Shown: piece after piece, positions 49,998-59,575 of the stretch
Layout of the letters: every line of letters starts with the position of its first letter
Position numbering within the stretch: the first letter of the stretch is position 1
Source: Spirochaetia bacterium
Lineage (GTDB): Bacteria > Spirochaetota > Spirochaetia > DSM-2461
Assembly: GCA_963668315.1 (NCBI GenBank)
Contig: OY764216.1
Span: 2,112,001-2,176,000, forward strand
Reading direction: 5' to 3'
DNA length: 64,000 nucleotides
Position numbers and translations under genes: made by a program
The notes under the pieces: model-generated
What the model was told of the DNA's origin: nothing
Seen by the model: the letters and a program-made list of their open reading frames with translations, nothing else
Database searches by the model: none

Positions 49998-51112
49998 CGG
50001 ACGAGAAGGGCTTTTCTCTGCTCATCATTATCGTGGTTATCCAGGGCCGCCCGGCGTATCTTCTCCTCGCTTTTCATAAAGGCATCCACGATGAGGGGAT
50101 CAAAAAGGGTGCCCCTGTTGTCACGGATGAATTCGACGGCCTTCCTATGGCTTCGGGAGAGGCGGTAATTTTTTGAGGTGATGAGGTTGTCGTAAACATC
50201 GGCCACGGCCATCAGCCTGGAGGGGAGGGGAATCTCATCGCCCCTTAATCCCTCGGGATAGCCCGAACCGTCCCATCTTTCATGGTGGGAATAGGCTATT
50301 TCCCGGGCGTAGTGCAGATAGGATGTGGTTCCCAGTTCTCTTTCGGCGGCCAGCAGGGCATCCCTTCCCAGGATGGTGTGTTTTTTCAGCAGTTCGAACT
50401 CTTCGTCGGTCAGGTCCTCTCTTTTCTGAAGGATACTGTCGGGAATACCCACTTTGCCTATATCGTGGAGCATGGCCGATTTGGCTATCATGTTGATGTA
50501 GCCCGGATTTCTCTCGGGATCCAGCTCGGAAAAGTGGCCGTCCACCACGAGCTGGATGGAGAGAATCTTGATATAGTCGGCTATCCTGGTAATATGGAGG
50601 CCCCCGTCGTTATCCCGTTTTTCTGCCAGTGTGGCCATGCATTCAATGGTAACGTCCTGCACCAGATTGGTTTCCAGGGTTCTGGCCTGTACCTGCTTTT
50701 CCAGCTCTCTCGTCTGGTTCTGCAGCTCTTTCCGGGCTTCCTGGAGCTCGAGCTGCTGCTTTATCCTGATTCTGGTGAGTCCCGGATTGAGCGGTTTGAC
50801 TATATAGTCATCCGCACCCAGTTTCAGTCCCATGGTCTCATTCCGTGAATCCCCCAGGGAGGTAATGAATATGACGGGGACTTTCTGCGTTCGGGGTGAC
50901 TGGCGGATTCTTTCGCAGAGGGTGAAGCCGTCGATATGGGGCATCTGCACATCCAGGAGAAACAGATTGGGAATGGGATCCTCCTCGATCCTTTCGAGCC
51001 CGATGCGGCTGTCCGTGAAGCCTTCTATCTCGTAACCCTCGCCCAGAAATTCGGAAATCAGGTCAGTTGAAGCCTTTGAGTCGTCTATAATGACAATCCG
51101 GGGTTTTTCCAT
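49970..51112 (-). CDS. REC-HD-GYP c-di-GMP phosphodiesterase (RpfG-like)
   Basis: REC domain; LHDIGK, HHERWDGSGYP, ADVYD. Confidence 0.92.
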   Translation of the reverse strand: MEKPRIVIIDDSKASTDLISEFLGEGYEIEGFTDSRIGLERIEEDPIPNLFLLDVQMPHIDGFTLCERIRQSPRTQKVPVIFITSLGDSRNETMGLKLGADDYIVKPLNPGLTRIRIKQQLELQEARKELQNQTRELEKQVQARTLETNLVQDVTIECMATLAEKRDNDGGLHITRIADYIKILSIQLVVDGHFSELDPERNPGYINMIAKSAMLHDIGKVGIPDSILQKREDLTDEEFELLKKHTILGRDALLAAERELGTTSYLHYAREIAYSHHERWDGSGYPEGLRGDEIPLPSRLMAVADVYDNLITSKNYRLSRSHRKAVEFIRDNRGTLFDPLIVDAFMKSEEKIRRAALDNHDNDEQRKALLVRYSGDDDPA

Positions 51113-51119
51113 GGTCTTA

Positions 51120-51953
51120 TTACAGGTACTTTTCTAAAAGGACACCTTCCCTCCTAGGTAAATTATACAAGGAGGTTTTTTTAATAACAAGCCGAATTTT
51201 CCTTTCGGCTCTTTTCACTGATTTTCTGAAGGAAAGTCCATTCAGAAGATATCCCGTCAAAAGGGAGGTGAAGATATCGCCCGTTCCGGGAAAACTCTGC
51301 TGTACCTTTCTGACCGATGAGATAAAGAAAGAGGAGTCCCGCCTGTCCCAGCCTGCCAGGGCGATGCGTTTTTTTCCGGCTTCCTTCAGGGGGACGCTTG
51401 TGATGACGATAAGATCCGGCCCCATGCGGGAAAGCCTTTCAAGCCAGTCGGCCAGCTCATCCCTGCTCAGGAAAGGACGGTAGGGTTCACCGAGCAGAAG
51501 GGCGGCTTCGGTAAAATTCGGTGTGATGAGATGGGCCCGGGAGCAGAGATCTTTCATGGATTCCACCATCGCCTGAGAGTAGGGACCGTAGAACTCCCCG
51601 TCGTCGCCCATGACCGGATCCACGACCACCAGCTGACCCGGCCGGGAAAAGCGGTCTATGAAACGTCTGACAAGCCCGGCCTGTTCGGGGGAGCCGAGAA
51701 AGCCTGAATAGATGCTCTCGAAGGTCACATCCTCTTCGGCCCACCGGTCCATAATCCTTTCCATGCTCTCCGAGAGATCCAGGAAGTAATAATCGGAATA
51801 CCCGTCTGTCTGAGAGGAGAGGAGAGCCGTGGGCAGAGGGCAGACCTGCACGCCGAGGCGGGAGAGAACGGGCATTACGGCCGTCAGGGAGCAGCGCCCC
51901 AGACCGGACAGGTCATGGATGGCCGCCAGCCGGGGTACGGGAGAACGGGTCAT
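51120..51953 (-). CDS. pdxK: Pyridoxal/pyridoxamine kinase
   Basis: HDLSGLGRCSL, VDPVMGD, TPNFTEA, PGTGDIF. Confidence 0.88.
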   Translation of the reverse strand: MTRSPVPRLAAIHDLSGLGRCSLTAVMPVLSRLGVQVCPLPTALLSSQTDGYSDYYFLDLSESMERIMDRWAEEDVTFESIYSGFLGSPEQAGLVRRFIDRFSRPGQLVVVDPVMGDDGEFYGPYSQAMVESMKDLCSRAHLITPNFTEAALLLGEPYRPFLSRDELADWLERLSRMGPDLIVITSVPLKEAGKKRIALAGWDRRDSSFFISSVRKVQQSFPGTGDIFTSLLTGYLLNGLSFRKSVKRAERKIRLVIKKTSLYNLPRREGVLLEKYL

Positions 51954-53590
51954 TCGGCTATCTCTTCCAGAACTCTGAGGATCTCGGGGAGAAGCTGTTT
52001 CTTTCTTGAGAGAATTCCGGGGAGGTTATAGAGATTCTCCCCCTGCTTTTCGTAAAGGAGATTCTCCTCGCCCCCGGGAAAATCACTCGAGAGAAGGAGA
52101 CTGTTGCCGTTGGTCACGTTGGTGATGAGGAGCATGAGCCAGTCAAGTTTCTTCTCCGCCGCTCCTTCATTCAGGGCGGGGAGCAGTTCGGATTTTACCG
52201 TATCCACTTCGCTGAGATTCAGGACTTCGAGCTGGCCTATTCCTATATGGAACCCCTTTTCGGTATACTCCTTGTAATCGGCGAATATGAGTTCCTTCGG
52301 CTTCTGGTTCTTCAGGGTGAGGCCCTGGGCGAACATCTGCTCCCCGTACACCCGGTAGTCCACGCCGGCGATTTCGCTCAGCTTCTCCACGGCGGCCCTG
52401 TCCCAGTCGGTGGTCGTGGGTGATTTGAGTATTACCGTATCGGAGAGGATGCCCGATAGAAGGAGGGTGGCCGTGATCCTGTCCGGTTCGATGTCATGGG
52501 AATTGAAAAGGTCGCTGACCATTGTGCAGGTGCTTCCCACGGGACGGGCGTTCACGTAGATGGGCTCCCGCGTTTTGATGGTCCCCAGACGGTGGTGGTC
52601 GTGAATCTCCAGAATCCGGGCCTGGTCGGCTCCGTTCACCGACTGGGTGATCTCGTTATGGTCCACCAGGATCAGACTGCGCCGGGGTCTTTCTATGAAG
52701 CAGCGCCTGGTCACGACACCTTCGAAGGTATCCCCTTCGAAGACGGGAAGACCTCTCAGGCTGGACTTGAGAAGTTCATCCCGGGCCTGGTCGAAATCGG
52801 TGGTGCTGTCAAGACGGGGCGGGTCGCGGTTGATGATGTTCTTCAGGGGGGCTGAGAGACGGAGGAGGCGTATCGTCTCGGCCGTATCGGTCTGGGAAAT
52901 ATAGATTGTCCCTTCGTACGCCGTCAGATCGACCGGTATGGTCGCGTCTTCGGACATTCCTGTGATGATGATGGCGGGAAACTGATTCTCCACGGCATGG
53001 TGGAGCAGTTCTTCCCGGAGACCCATAACCAGCAGGGGTTTCTCCGTGCCCAGCTCCCTGATCCGTTCCATGCTGACTTCCAGGGGCATGACGCCGGTCA
53101 TCAGGGGAGCGGTGAATTCCCTCTCCTTTCCCCGACGGTAGAAGTAGCCGGGAAGGACGCGGGGAAAATTGTCCATGAGAAAATTGTATACCGGTCTGCC
53201 TTCCCGGTTTCCCGAAAGGAGAAACTGGGTTATTTCGTGAATGGTCAGAATGCCGGCGAAGTCGTTCCCGTTTTTAAACACGGGAATGAGGCTTATGGTC
53301 TTTTCGTCCAGTTCCCTGATAGCCATGAGGATGGGATCGTTCTCTTCCAGGGAAAGGACGTTTCTCTTGGCAACGTCATGAACCTGGGGGCCGATGTCCT
53401 TCATCAGCTGAGGCGGTTCGGCTCCCAGATTATCAAAAACAGCTTTCGTCTGTTTGTTGACGCTTCCGCAGCGGATGGGAATATAACTGCGGGAAGGGTC
53501 AAGCCGGTTTTTCAGGACTCCATAGCACCAGGCGGCGCAGATGGAGTCCATGTCGGGATTCTTATGTCCCGTTATATAGATCTTCTCCAT
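51950..53590 (-). CDS. ppaC: Family II Mn-dependent inorganic pyrophosphatase with CBS/DRTGG insert
   Basis: GHKNPDMDS, LVDHNE, DHH, SDT, SRKKQ. Confidence 0.93.
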   Translation of the reverse strand: MEKIYITGHKNPDMDSICAAWCYGVLKNRLDPSRSYIPIRCGSVNKQTKAVFDNLGAEPPQLMKDIGPQVHDVAKRNVLSLEENDPILMAIRELDEKTISLIPVFKNGNDFAGILTIHEITQFLLSGNREGRPVYNFLMDNFPRVLPGYFYRRGKEREFTAPLMTGVMPLEVSMERIRELGTEKPLLVMGLREELLHHAVENQFPAIIITGMSEDATIPVDLTAYEGTIYISQTDTAETIRLLRLSAPLKNIINRDPPRLDSTTDFDQARDELLKSSLRGLPVFEGDTFEGVVTRRCFIERPRRSLILVDHNEITQSVNGADQARILEIHDHHRLGTIKTREPIYVNARPVGSTCTMVSDLFNSHDIEPDRITATLLLSGILSDTVILKSPTTTDWDRAAVEKLSEIAGVDYRVYGEQMFAQGLTLKNQKPKELIFADYKEYTEKGFHIGIGQLEVLNLSEVDTVKSELLPALNEGAAEKKLDWLMLLITNVTNGNSLLLSSDFPGGEENLLYEKQGENLYNLPGILSRKKQLLPEILRVLEEIAE

Positions 53591-53597
53591 CGGAAAA

Positions 53598-54224
53598 TCA
53601 GCTTAATACCTTCTTGACGCCGGCAAAAACGTCATCCGGGGCCTGCCCGGCGTCTACGTCCTTGATCAGTCCCTTTTCGGTATAATAGCTGATAAGGGGC
53701 TCGGTGGAATCGGCATAGACCTTGAGTCTGTTCTTGATGGATTCGATTTTGTCGTCATCCCGGGTATAGAGCTCGCCGCCGCACTTGTCGCACTTTCCCT
53801 CAACCTTCGGGGGAATGAACTCCACGTGATAACCGGCCCCGCACTCCTTGCACAGGCGGCGTCCGGAGAGACGTCTGACCACTTCCTCTTCGGCGACAGT
53901 AAAGTTGATGACCACATCCACCTGGCTGAAACCGGCCAGAGCATCGGCCTGTCCCGTGGTGCGGGGAAATCCGTCGAGGATATAGCCGTTAGCCGTATCG
54001 CCCTGTGCCAGTCTCTCTTCGACAAGAGCCACGGTCAGTTCGTCGGGAACAAGATCGCCCCGGTCGATAATGGCCTTTACCTTAACGCCCAGTTCGGTCT
54101 GATTCTTGATGGCCGCCCGGAAAAGGTCTCCCGTGGAAATATGGGGAATCCCCAGATCCTCTTTGATTCTAACAGCCATCGTTCCTTTTCCGGCTCCCGG
54201 AGGGCCCAAAAGTATCATTTTCAT
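53598..54224 (-). CDS. adk: Adenylate kinase (zinc-lid type)
   Basis: GPPGAGKGT, LDGFPR, CKEC...CDKC lid. Confidence 0.97.
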   Translation of the reverse strand: MKMILLGPPGAGKGTMAVRIKEDLGIPHISTGDLFRAAIKNQTELGVKVKAIIDRGDLVPDELTVALVEERLAQGDTANGYILDGFPRTTGQADALAGFSQVDVVINFTVAEEEVVRRLSGRRLCKECGAGYHVEFIPPKVEGKCDKCGGELYTRDDDKIESIKNRLKVYADSTEPLISYYTEKGLIKDVDAGQAPDDVFAGVKKVLS

Positions 54225-54448
54225 AATGTCACCTCTATCGTTTTATCTCCCCGCTCCACCTTGCAACACTCCTCGGAACACCAGTCGCCCCATTCCCACT
54301 TCGGACCTTTCTTAAAGTACTTCCGGCAGACGGGACAGCGGGTGAATTCGGCCATGCACTCTTCGGAGCAGAAATGCTCTCCCAAAGCGTCCCGGCCGGG
54401 AAAATGTCTTCCGCAGGTATAGCATCGGATATATTTCACGTCATTCAC
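54221..54448 (-). CDS. Small double TRASH/FCS-type Cys-finger protein
   Basis: Two CxxC...[FW]CSEEC units; ATGA overlap with adk. Confidence 0.7.
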   Translation of the reverse strand: MNDVKYIRCYTCGRHFPGRDALGEHFCSEECMAEFTRCPVCRKYFKKGPKWEWGDWCSEECCKVERGDKTIEVTL

Positions 54449-54493
54449 CCGTTCATATTAAGGAAAAAGGGGATTCCGGTCAATCAGAACGTG

Positions 54494-56515
54494 CTAATCT
54501 CTCAGTTTTGAGACCAGGCCGGAAATCAGAATGAGAAACCCCGCTCCGATGAAGGAGAGGGACAGGATGATCCGCCGGAGAAAAAGGGGATAACGGCTGA
54601 AAGGAGCGGTTATCAGTCCCCTGTAGCTTTTTCCCTGCCGGGAGGAGTACTGGGAGTAGTCGATCTCCGATTCCAGATAGTATTTTCCGTTCAGGGTTTC
54701 GATTCCCCCTCTGCCCCGGATTATCGTTTCCCTCACATTCTCCTCCAGAGGCAGCTGAATCTGGATTTCCCTGTACGGCCCCTGCGGCTCATCCGCGTCC
54801 AGGGGACCGTGGAAGTAGAAACCTACGAGGACCGGGTAGGGGGGGATCCCGCCGGTATCATCGAGCTCCCTGCCTCCGTATAGGCAGATATTTTCGGCTT
54901 CCCGGATCAGCTCGGTTTTATACCTCACGATCAGCCAGGAGATGAAGGTGTTCAGGTATTTTCCCCCATGGATGGAATCGCGGGTGAAACTGTCCGGTTC
55001 CACCGCTCCGATGGGAGTGTCCTTCCGGGAAAGAAACGTGATGAGAGCCTCTGGATCGGTGCAGACCATGGGGGGGAGATCCATTCGGTATAGTTTTCTG
55101 TTGTCCGTAGTCCTCAGTATACCCTCTTCCAGTATTCCTATGCTCTCCCCGGGGGCTATTGTCTTTTTGGCATCCTCATCTATCAGGAAAAGGGGGGACC
55201 CGTCCCGGAAGCAGACCGTCCTGCTGAGTATTCCGGTCAGTTCCTGCCAGGACTCAAAAAGCGCCCTGAGTCTCTCCTCATCCCTTTCGGAAAACAGATC
55301 ATAAAGTTGCCCTGAATCGGCCAGGGGCAGGTAATCCGAAGAATAGGGTGTCAGGCGATGGACGGTAAGGTCGTGAAACTCCACTGTCTCGCCCCCTCGC
55401 AGGGGAAGAGTCTCTCCGGCATTTTCTATGAGAAGGGGGCCTTCCTGAATGTTGCGCGGGAGGGCGGTGAGGACGTCCCCGTTCTTGTCCCCCATGACGG
55501 AGAAGAAGTGAATGATGCCCAGGAGAAGAAGAAGGGAGCCGCAGAGGAGCCAGGGGAGGGGCCGCTTAATCAGTTTTGCGCCCAGTCTTTCATCCAGAGA
55601 CCAGGGACCTAAACTGACAAGACGTCCGGCTCTTTTTCCTCCCTTGAGATAAAGTTCCATCCGTCCCGAATAGCCGGAACCGGAGAACAGGGGGAGAGTC
55701 CTGCGGGGAATCCGGAAAAGATCTTCCGTCCCCTTAAGGCGGCAGAAGGGTGAAAGTTTTCCCCTCTTTTCTATCCGTTCCAGTGTTCCGGTGACGGTGC
55801 ATATCTCTTTTCTCCCTTTCGGGTACCGGGGAGGAAGAACCAGGGGCAGAAGGGATAGAGCCCCCAGGAACAGTCCCGCTGCCAGAAAGAGAACAGAGCC
55901 GCGGAGTCCCTCCTCGGAGGCGGTATAGACGGCTATGGTCAGGGAGAGAAGCGCGGGGAGGGCGAGCAGCAATATTTCCTGGAAAAGAGGGCGAAGAAGG
56001 GCGCGGCTTTCCCGTTTTGCCCCATCCCGGAAAGAGCAGGAGGCGTAGGGCGGCAGGATATTGTCCCTCCTCTCCCTGCCGAAGCGGTCGGAGATGGTGT
56101 AGCTGTTGATCTTCAGGGGATAGGCTTTCATTCTTCTGTCCCCGGGGAGAATGGCATATTCGCAGAGGGCATAGCGGTCCTCCTTATGGAATAATTTCTC
56201 CATTTCCCCCTTGCGGAACTGAATCTGTATGCCCCCGATCCAGAACTCATTGTAGGTGCCGTACCTGTTCTTCATGGTAATCCACTCAAAAACCCCCTCT
56301 GTCCTGTAGACCTCGGCATCCGCCGGAAGGGGAATTCCGAAATAACGCCTTGCTCCGGCTGTTTCTTCCGGGGTGATGACTCTCTGGGGAATCAATTGGG
56401 AGCGGATGATTTTCTCCCGTTTTTTAAGAAAGCGTCTGGTCCGGTAGTAACGGAAGCAGATCACCGTAGTATAAAGAAGCATGAATCCATAGAGAATCAG
56501 TGTGATAATCAGCAT
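54494..56515 (-). CDS. IgaA/UmoB-like 5-TM membrane protein, paralog 1
   Basis: Topology and motif order match IgaA (see findings). Confidence 0.6.
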   Translation of the reverse strand: MLIITLILYGFMLLYTTVICFRYYRTRRFLKKREKIIRSQLIPQRVITPEETAGARRYFGIPLPADAEVYRTEGVFEWITMKNRYGTYNEFWIGGIQIQFRKGEMEKLFHKEDRYALCEYAILPGDRRMKAYPLKINSYTISDRFGRERRDNILPPYASCSFRDGAKRESRALLRPLFQEILLLALPALLSLTIAVYTASEEGLRGSVLFLAAGLFLGALSLLPLVLPPRYPKGRKEICTVTGTLERIEKRGKLSPFCRLKGTEDLFRIPRRTLPLFSGSGYSGRMELYLKGGKRAGRLVSLGPWSLDERLGAKLIKRPLPWLLCGSLLLLLGIIHFFSVMGDKNGDVLTALPRNIQEGPLLIENAGETLPLRGGETVEFHDLTVHRLTPYSSDYLPLADSGQLYDLFSERDEERLRALFESWQELTGILSRTVCFRDGSPLFLIDEDAKKTIAPGESIGILEEGILRTTDNRKLYRMDLPPMVCTDPEALITFLSRKDTPIGAVEPDSFTRDSIHGGKYLNTFISWLIVRYKTELIREAENICLYGGRELDDTGGIPPYPVLVGFYFHGPLDADEPQGPYREIQIQLPLEENVRETIIRGRGGIETLNGKYYLESEIDYSQYSSRQGKSYRGLITAPFSRYPLFLRRIILSLSFIGAGFLILISGLVSKLRD

Positions 56516-56522
56516 CTCTGCC

Positions 56523-58547
56523 TCAGTCCCTCAGCCGGGAGACAAGGCCGGACGCCAGTATCAGAAGCCCGGCGCACAGAAATCCCGCGGACAGGATAAT
56601 CCGCCTTAAAAAGAGGAGATAATAGGCATAGGGGGACATCCCTATCCTTCTGTAGCTGTCCTCTTCATACCAGTAGGGCTGGGAGTAATCGTAGGGGGAA
56701 TCCAGATAATAGACGCCGTTCAAGGTGAAAAGACCCCTTTCTCCGTAAAGCAGATTCTGCCTTATGATCTCTTCCATGGGGGTGGTAAGGAGATCTTTTC
56801 CCTGAAAATTCTGTTTTTCCCTCTCCGGAACGGTGTTAAGGTAAACGGACAGGTCGGAATAGCAGAAAAGAGGATAGGGGGAGGTTATCTCTGAAGAGTC
56901 GGTGCTGTCTTCCCGGAAATCCTTCCATAGAGAACCCGCCCTGTCCGCCAGTTCGGACTTGTAGCGCAGGACGATATTTATTATGTAGGGATTCAGCCCT
57001 TCCCCGCTGCGCACGGCTCTCTGAAGATAATGATCGTAGGGTATTCTTTCTATCAGGCCGCCCGGACTGGGGGTGTTGAGAAAATTCATGAAGCTTTCAT
57101 GGCGAATGCAAATCATGGGGGGAAGATCCACTGTGAACCTCTCATCATCATCGGTTGATTCAATGAGATCATCCTTATAGGGGCCTATGTCTGCGGGAGA
57201 GACCAGGGGCTGATTTCCGTTGAAAAGGAGGGCCCCGTTCCTGTACCTGACCGTTCTGTTAAGGTTGTCGACCATGTACTGCCAGATTTCAAGAAGTTCA
57301 TCAATTCTCTGCTTCTGTCCCTTCGTCAGGGTGTCGTAGAGAGAGTCGGGATCTTTCACGGGAAGATAATCATTGGAATAGGGGCTGTCGGGAATAAGGA
57401 GCATATTACGGAATTCCACCGTCTCGCCCCCCTTCAGGTTAAGGGTGTCCTCCGCCTTCTCAATAACAAGGGGGCCTTCGGAGATATTGCGGGGGAGGGA
57501 GGTCAGGACATTACGGTTTTTCCCCCCCGATGAGACCAGAAAGTGGACGCTTCCCGAAAGAAGCAGAAGAGTGCCGAGAATCAGCCAGGGGAGGGGGCGC
57601 TTAATCAGTTTTTTCCCGAGGTTCTCATCAAGAGACCAGGTCCCCAGACTGACCAGGCGGCCGGTTCTCTTTCCCCTGCCTCCCTTGAGGTAGAGTTCTC
57701 CCCGACCTGAAAAGCCGGTCGGAGGGAGCTGATCCAAAGCTCTGCGGGGCAGACGGAACCAGTCCTCTGTTCCCTTTAGTCTGCAGAAGCGTGTGAGGCG
57801 GCCCTTTTTTTCAATTCTCTCCCAGGTTCCGTAAACAGAACAAATCTCCCTTTTCTCCTCCCGCCGCCGGGGAGGAAGGAACAGGGGCAGAAGGGAGATC
57901 ATTCCCATGATGATGCCCGCGGCCAGGAAGACCGGAGCTTCCGTATACTCCTTATAAATTCCGTAGAGAGCCCCGGTCAGACTCAGAAGGGAGAAGGGGC
58001 AGAGGTAAATCCCGTTCCGCAGCAGGGTGGGCAGAAGTGCCCGGACTTCCCGCGGTGACCCGTCCCGGAAAGTGCATCCCCTGTAGGGGGGCGCCGGAGG
58101 GAAGCCCTTTTCCCGGCCGAAACGGTCGGATATCACTTTGTCGTTTATTCTCAGGGGATAGGCCCTGTGTCTTCTGTCTCCCGGGAGCAGGGCGAACTCG
58201 CAGAGGGCGTCGTCCGCACTGAAGAGATCCTCCATCTCAGCCTTTCTGTACTGTATCTGTATGCCCCCGATCCAGAATTCCTTATATGTGCCGTTCCGGT
58301 TTGTAACGGAAATCCACTCAACAGGACCTTCCAGCCGATATACGCCGCCATCGGGGGGGAGGGGTATCCCGAACATGCGTCTGACACCGGCCGTCTCTTC
58401 CGGGCTAATTTTCCTCAGGGGTGACAGATGCTCCCGGAGGAGGCTTTCCCTTTTCCTGAAGCGGGACTTTGCGCGGTAATAGCTGACACTGAGGCTTATG
58501 GTAAAGATGAGCGTGAATATGTAAAGGATGATTGTAAATATGTACAC
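56523..58547 (-). CDS. IgaA/UmoB-like 5-TM membrane protein, paralog 2
   Basis: Collinear paralog of 54494-56515; GTG start. Confidence 0.6.
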   Translation of the reverse strand: MYIFTIILYIFTLIFTISLSVSYYRAKSRFRKRESLLREHLSPLRKISPEETAGVRRMFGIPLPPDGGVYRLEGPVEWISVTNRNGTYKEFWIGGIQIQYRKAEMEDLFSADDALCEFALLPGDRRHRAYPLRINDKVISDRFGREKGFPPAPPYRGCTFRDGSPREVRALLPTLLRNGIYLCPFSLLSLTGALYGIYKEYTEAPVFLAAGIIMGMISLLPLFLPPRRREEKREICSVYGTWERIEKKGRLTRFCRLKGTEDWFRLPRRALDQLPPTGFSGRGELYLKGGRGKRTGRLVSLGTWSLDENLGKKLIKRPLPWLILGTLLLLSGSVHFLVSSGGKNRNVLTSLPRNISEGPLVIEKAEDTLNLKGGETVEFRNMLLIPDSPYSNDYLPVKDPDSLYDTLTKGQKQRIDELLEIWQYMVDNLNRTVRYRNGALLFNGNQPLVSPADIGPYKDDLIESTDDDERFTVDLPPMICIRHESFMNFLNTPSPGGLIERIPYDHYLQRAVRSGEGLNPYIINIVLRYKSELADRAGSLWKDFREDSTDSSEITSPYPLFCYSDLSVYLNTVPEREKQNFQGKDLLTTPMEEIIRQNLLYGERGLFTLNGVYYLDSPYDYSQPYWYEEDSYRRIGMSPYAYYLLFLRRIILSAGFLCAGLLILASGLVSRLRD

Positions 58548-58652
58548 TTTGGAAATATACCTCGGTTTATCGGGAAATCCCGTTGAATTTTACCTCCCGA
58601 ATGAATAATGGGGCGGTCTGCAGTATAATGAAAATAACTGAGGTTGAAAATC

Positions 58653-59477
58653 ATGATTGAGAAAATCAAGGGCATGGATATTTATTACGAAGTATGCGGG
58701 GAAGGGAGGCCCATTCTTTTTCTGCACGGGTTTCCCGTAGACCATGTGTGTATGAAAGGGTGCATGGAACCGCTTTTCTCCCGGAGGGAAGGGTATAAGA
58801 GGATCTATCTAGATCTTCCCGGAATGGGAAAATCCGGTTCTTCCGGCGAGATAAGGAACGCCGATGATATGATTGACGTTGTTCACCGCCTGCTGAATTT
58901 TCTGGTTCCCGGACAGTCCTGCCTTGTGGGCGGTTACTCCTATGGGGGATATCTGGCCAGAGGACTGGTGTATAAATATTCAAGCGAGATCGATGGGATG
59001 CTCTTGATCTGTCCCGTGGCTGTTCCCGATAAAAGACTCAGAACCCTGCCTGAACCCGTTGTACTGGAGAGGGATGCCTCCTTCACCGGAACCCTGAGCC
59101 CCTCCGAAGCCCGGGAGTTTGACGGCATGGCCGTTATTCAGAATGAGAGAATCTACCGCCGCTGCGGGGAGGAAATTACCCTGGCCCTGCAAAGGGCCGA
59201 CAGGGAATTTGTCAGCCGGTACCTGCGGGAGGGCTACTCCTTCACCTTTCCCGTGGATGGGGCCGGCACGCAGGAGGGCCGATCCTATGACAAGCCTGTT
59301 CTTTTCCTCATGGGACGTCAGGACTCGGTTGTCGGATATAAGGATACCTGGCCTCTGCTGGATAACTATCCCCGGGCTTCCTTTGTCCTCCTGGACCGGG
59401 CGGGACATAATCTGCAGATCGAACAGGAGGAAATGCTGGCAATTCATGTAAATGACTGGCTAAATCGTATTAAATGA
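58653..59477 (+). CDS. Alpha/beta hydrolase
   Basis: LHGF, DLPGMG, GYSYGG, AGHNLQIE. Confidence 0.9.
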   Translation: MIEKIKGMDIYYEVCGEGRPILFLHGFPVDHVCMKGCMEPLFSRREGYKRIYLDLPGMGKSGSSGEIRNADDMIDVVHRLLNFLVPGQSCLVGGYSYGGYLARGLVYKYSSEIDGMLLICPVAVPDKRLRTLPEPVVLERDASFTGTLSPSEAREFDGMAVIQNERIYRRCGEEITLALQRADREFVSRYLREGYSFTFPVDGAGTQEGRSYDKPVLFLMGRQDSVVGYKDTWPLLDNYPRASFVLLDRAGHNLQIEQEEMLAIHVNDWLNRIK

Positions 59478-59538
59478 TATTATAATATACGTAAGGCGAA
59501 GATTAAAACGGAACGATAAACCGAAAACGGATTATCAA

Positions 59539-59553
59539 CAGAGATTATTTCTG
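59539..59553. promoter_or_regulatory. Possible Lrp/AldR operator upstream of ald
   Basis: CAGA-N7(AT-rich)-TCTG palindrome; Lrp-family gene directly follows ald. Confidence 0.35.
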
Positions 59554-59575
59554 ACAATAACAGGATGAAAAGAGT

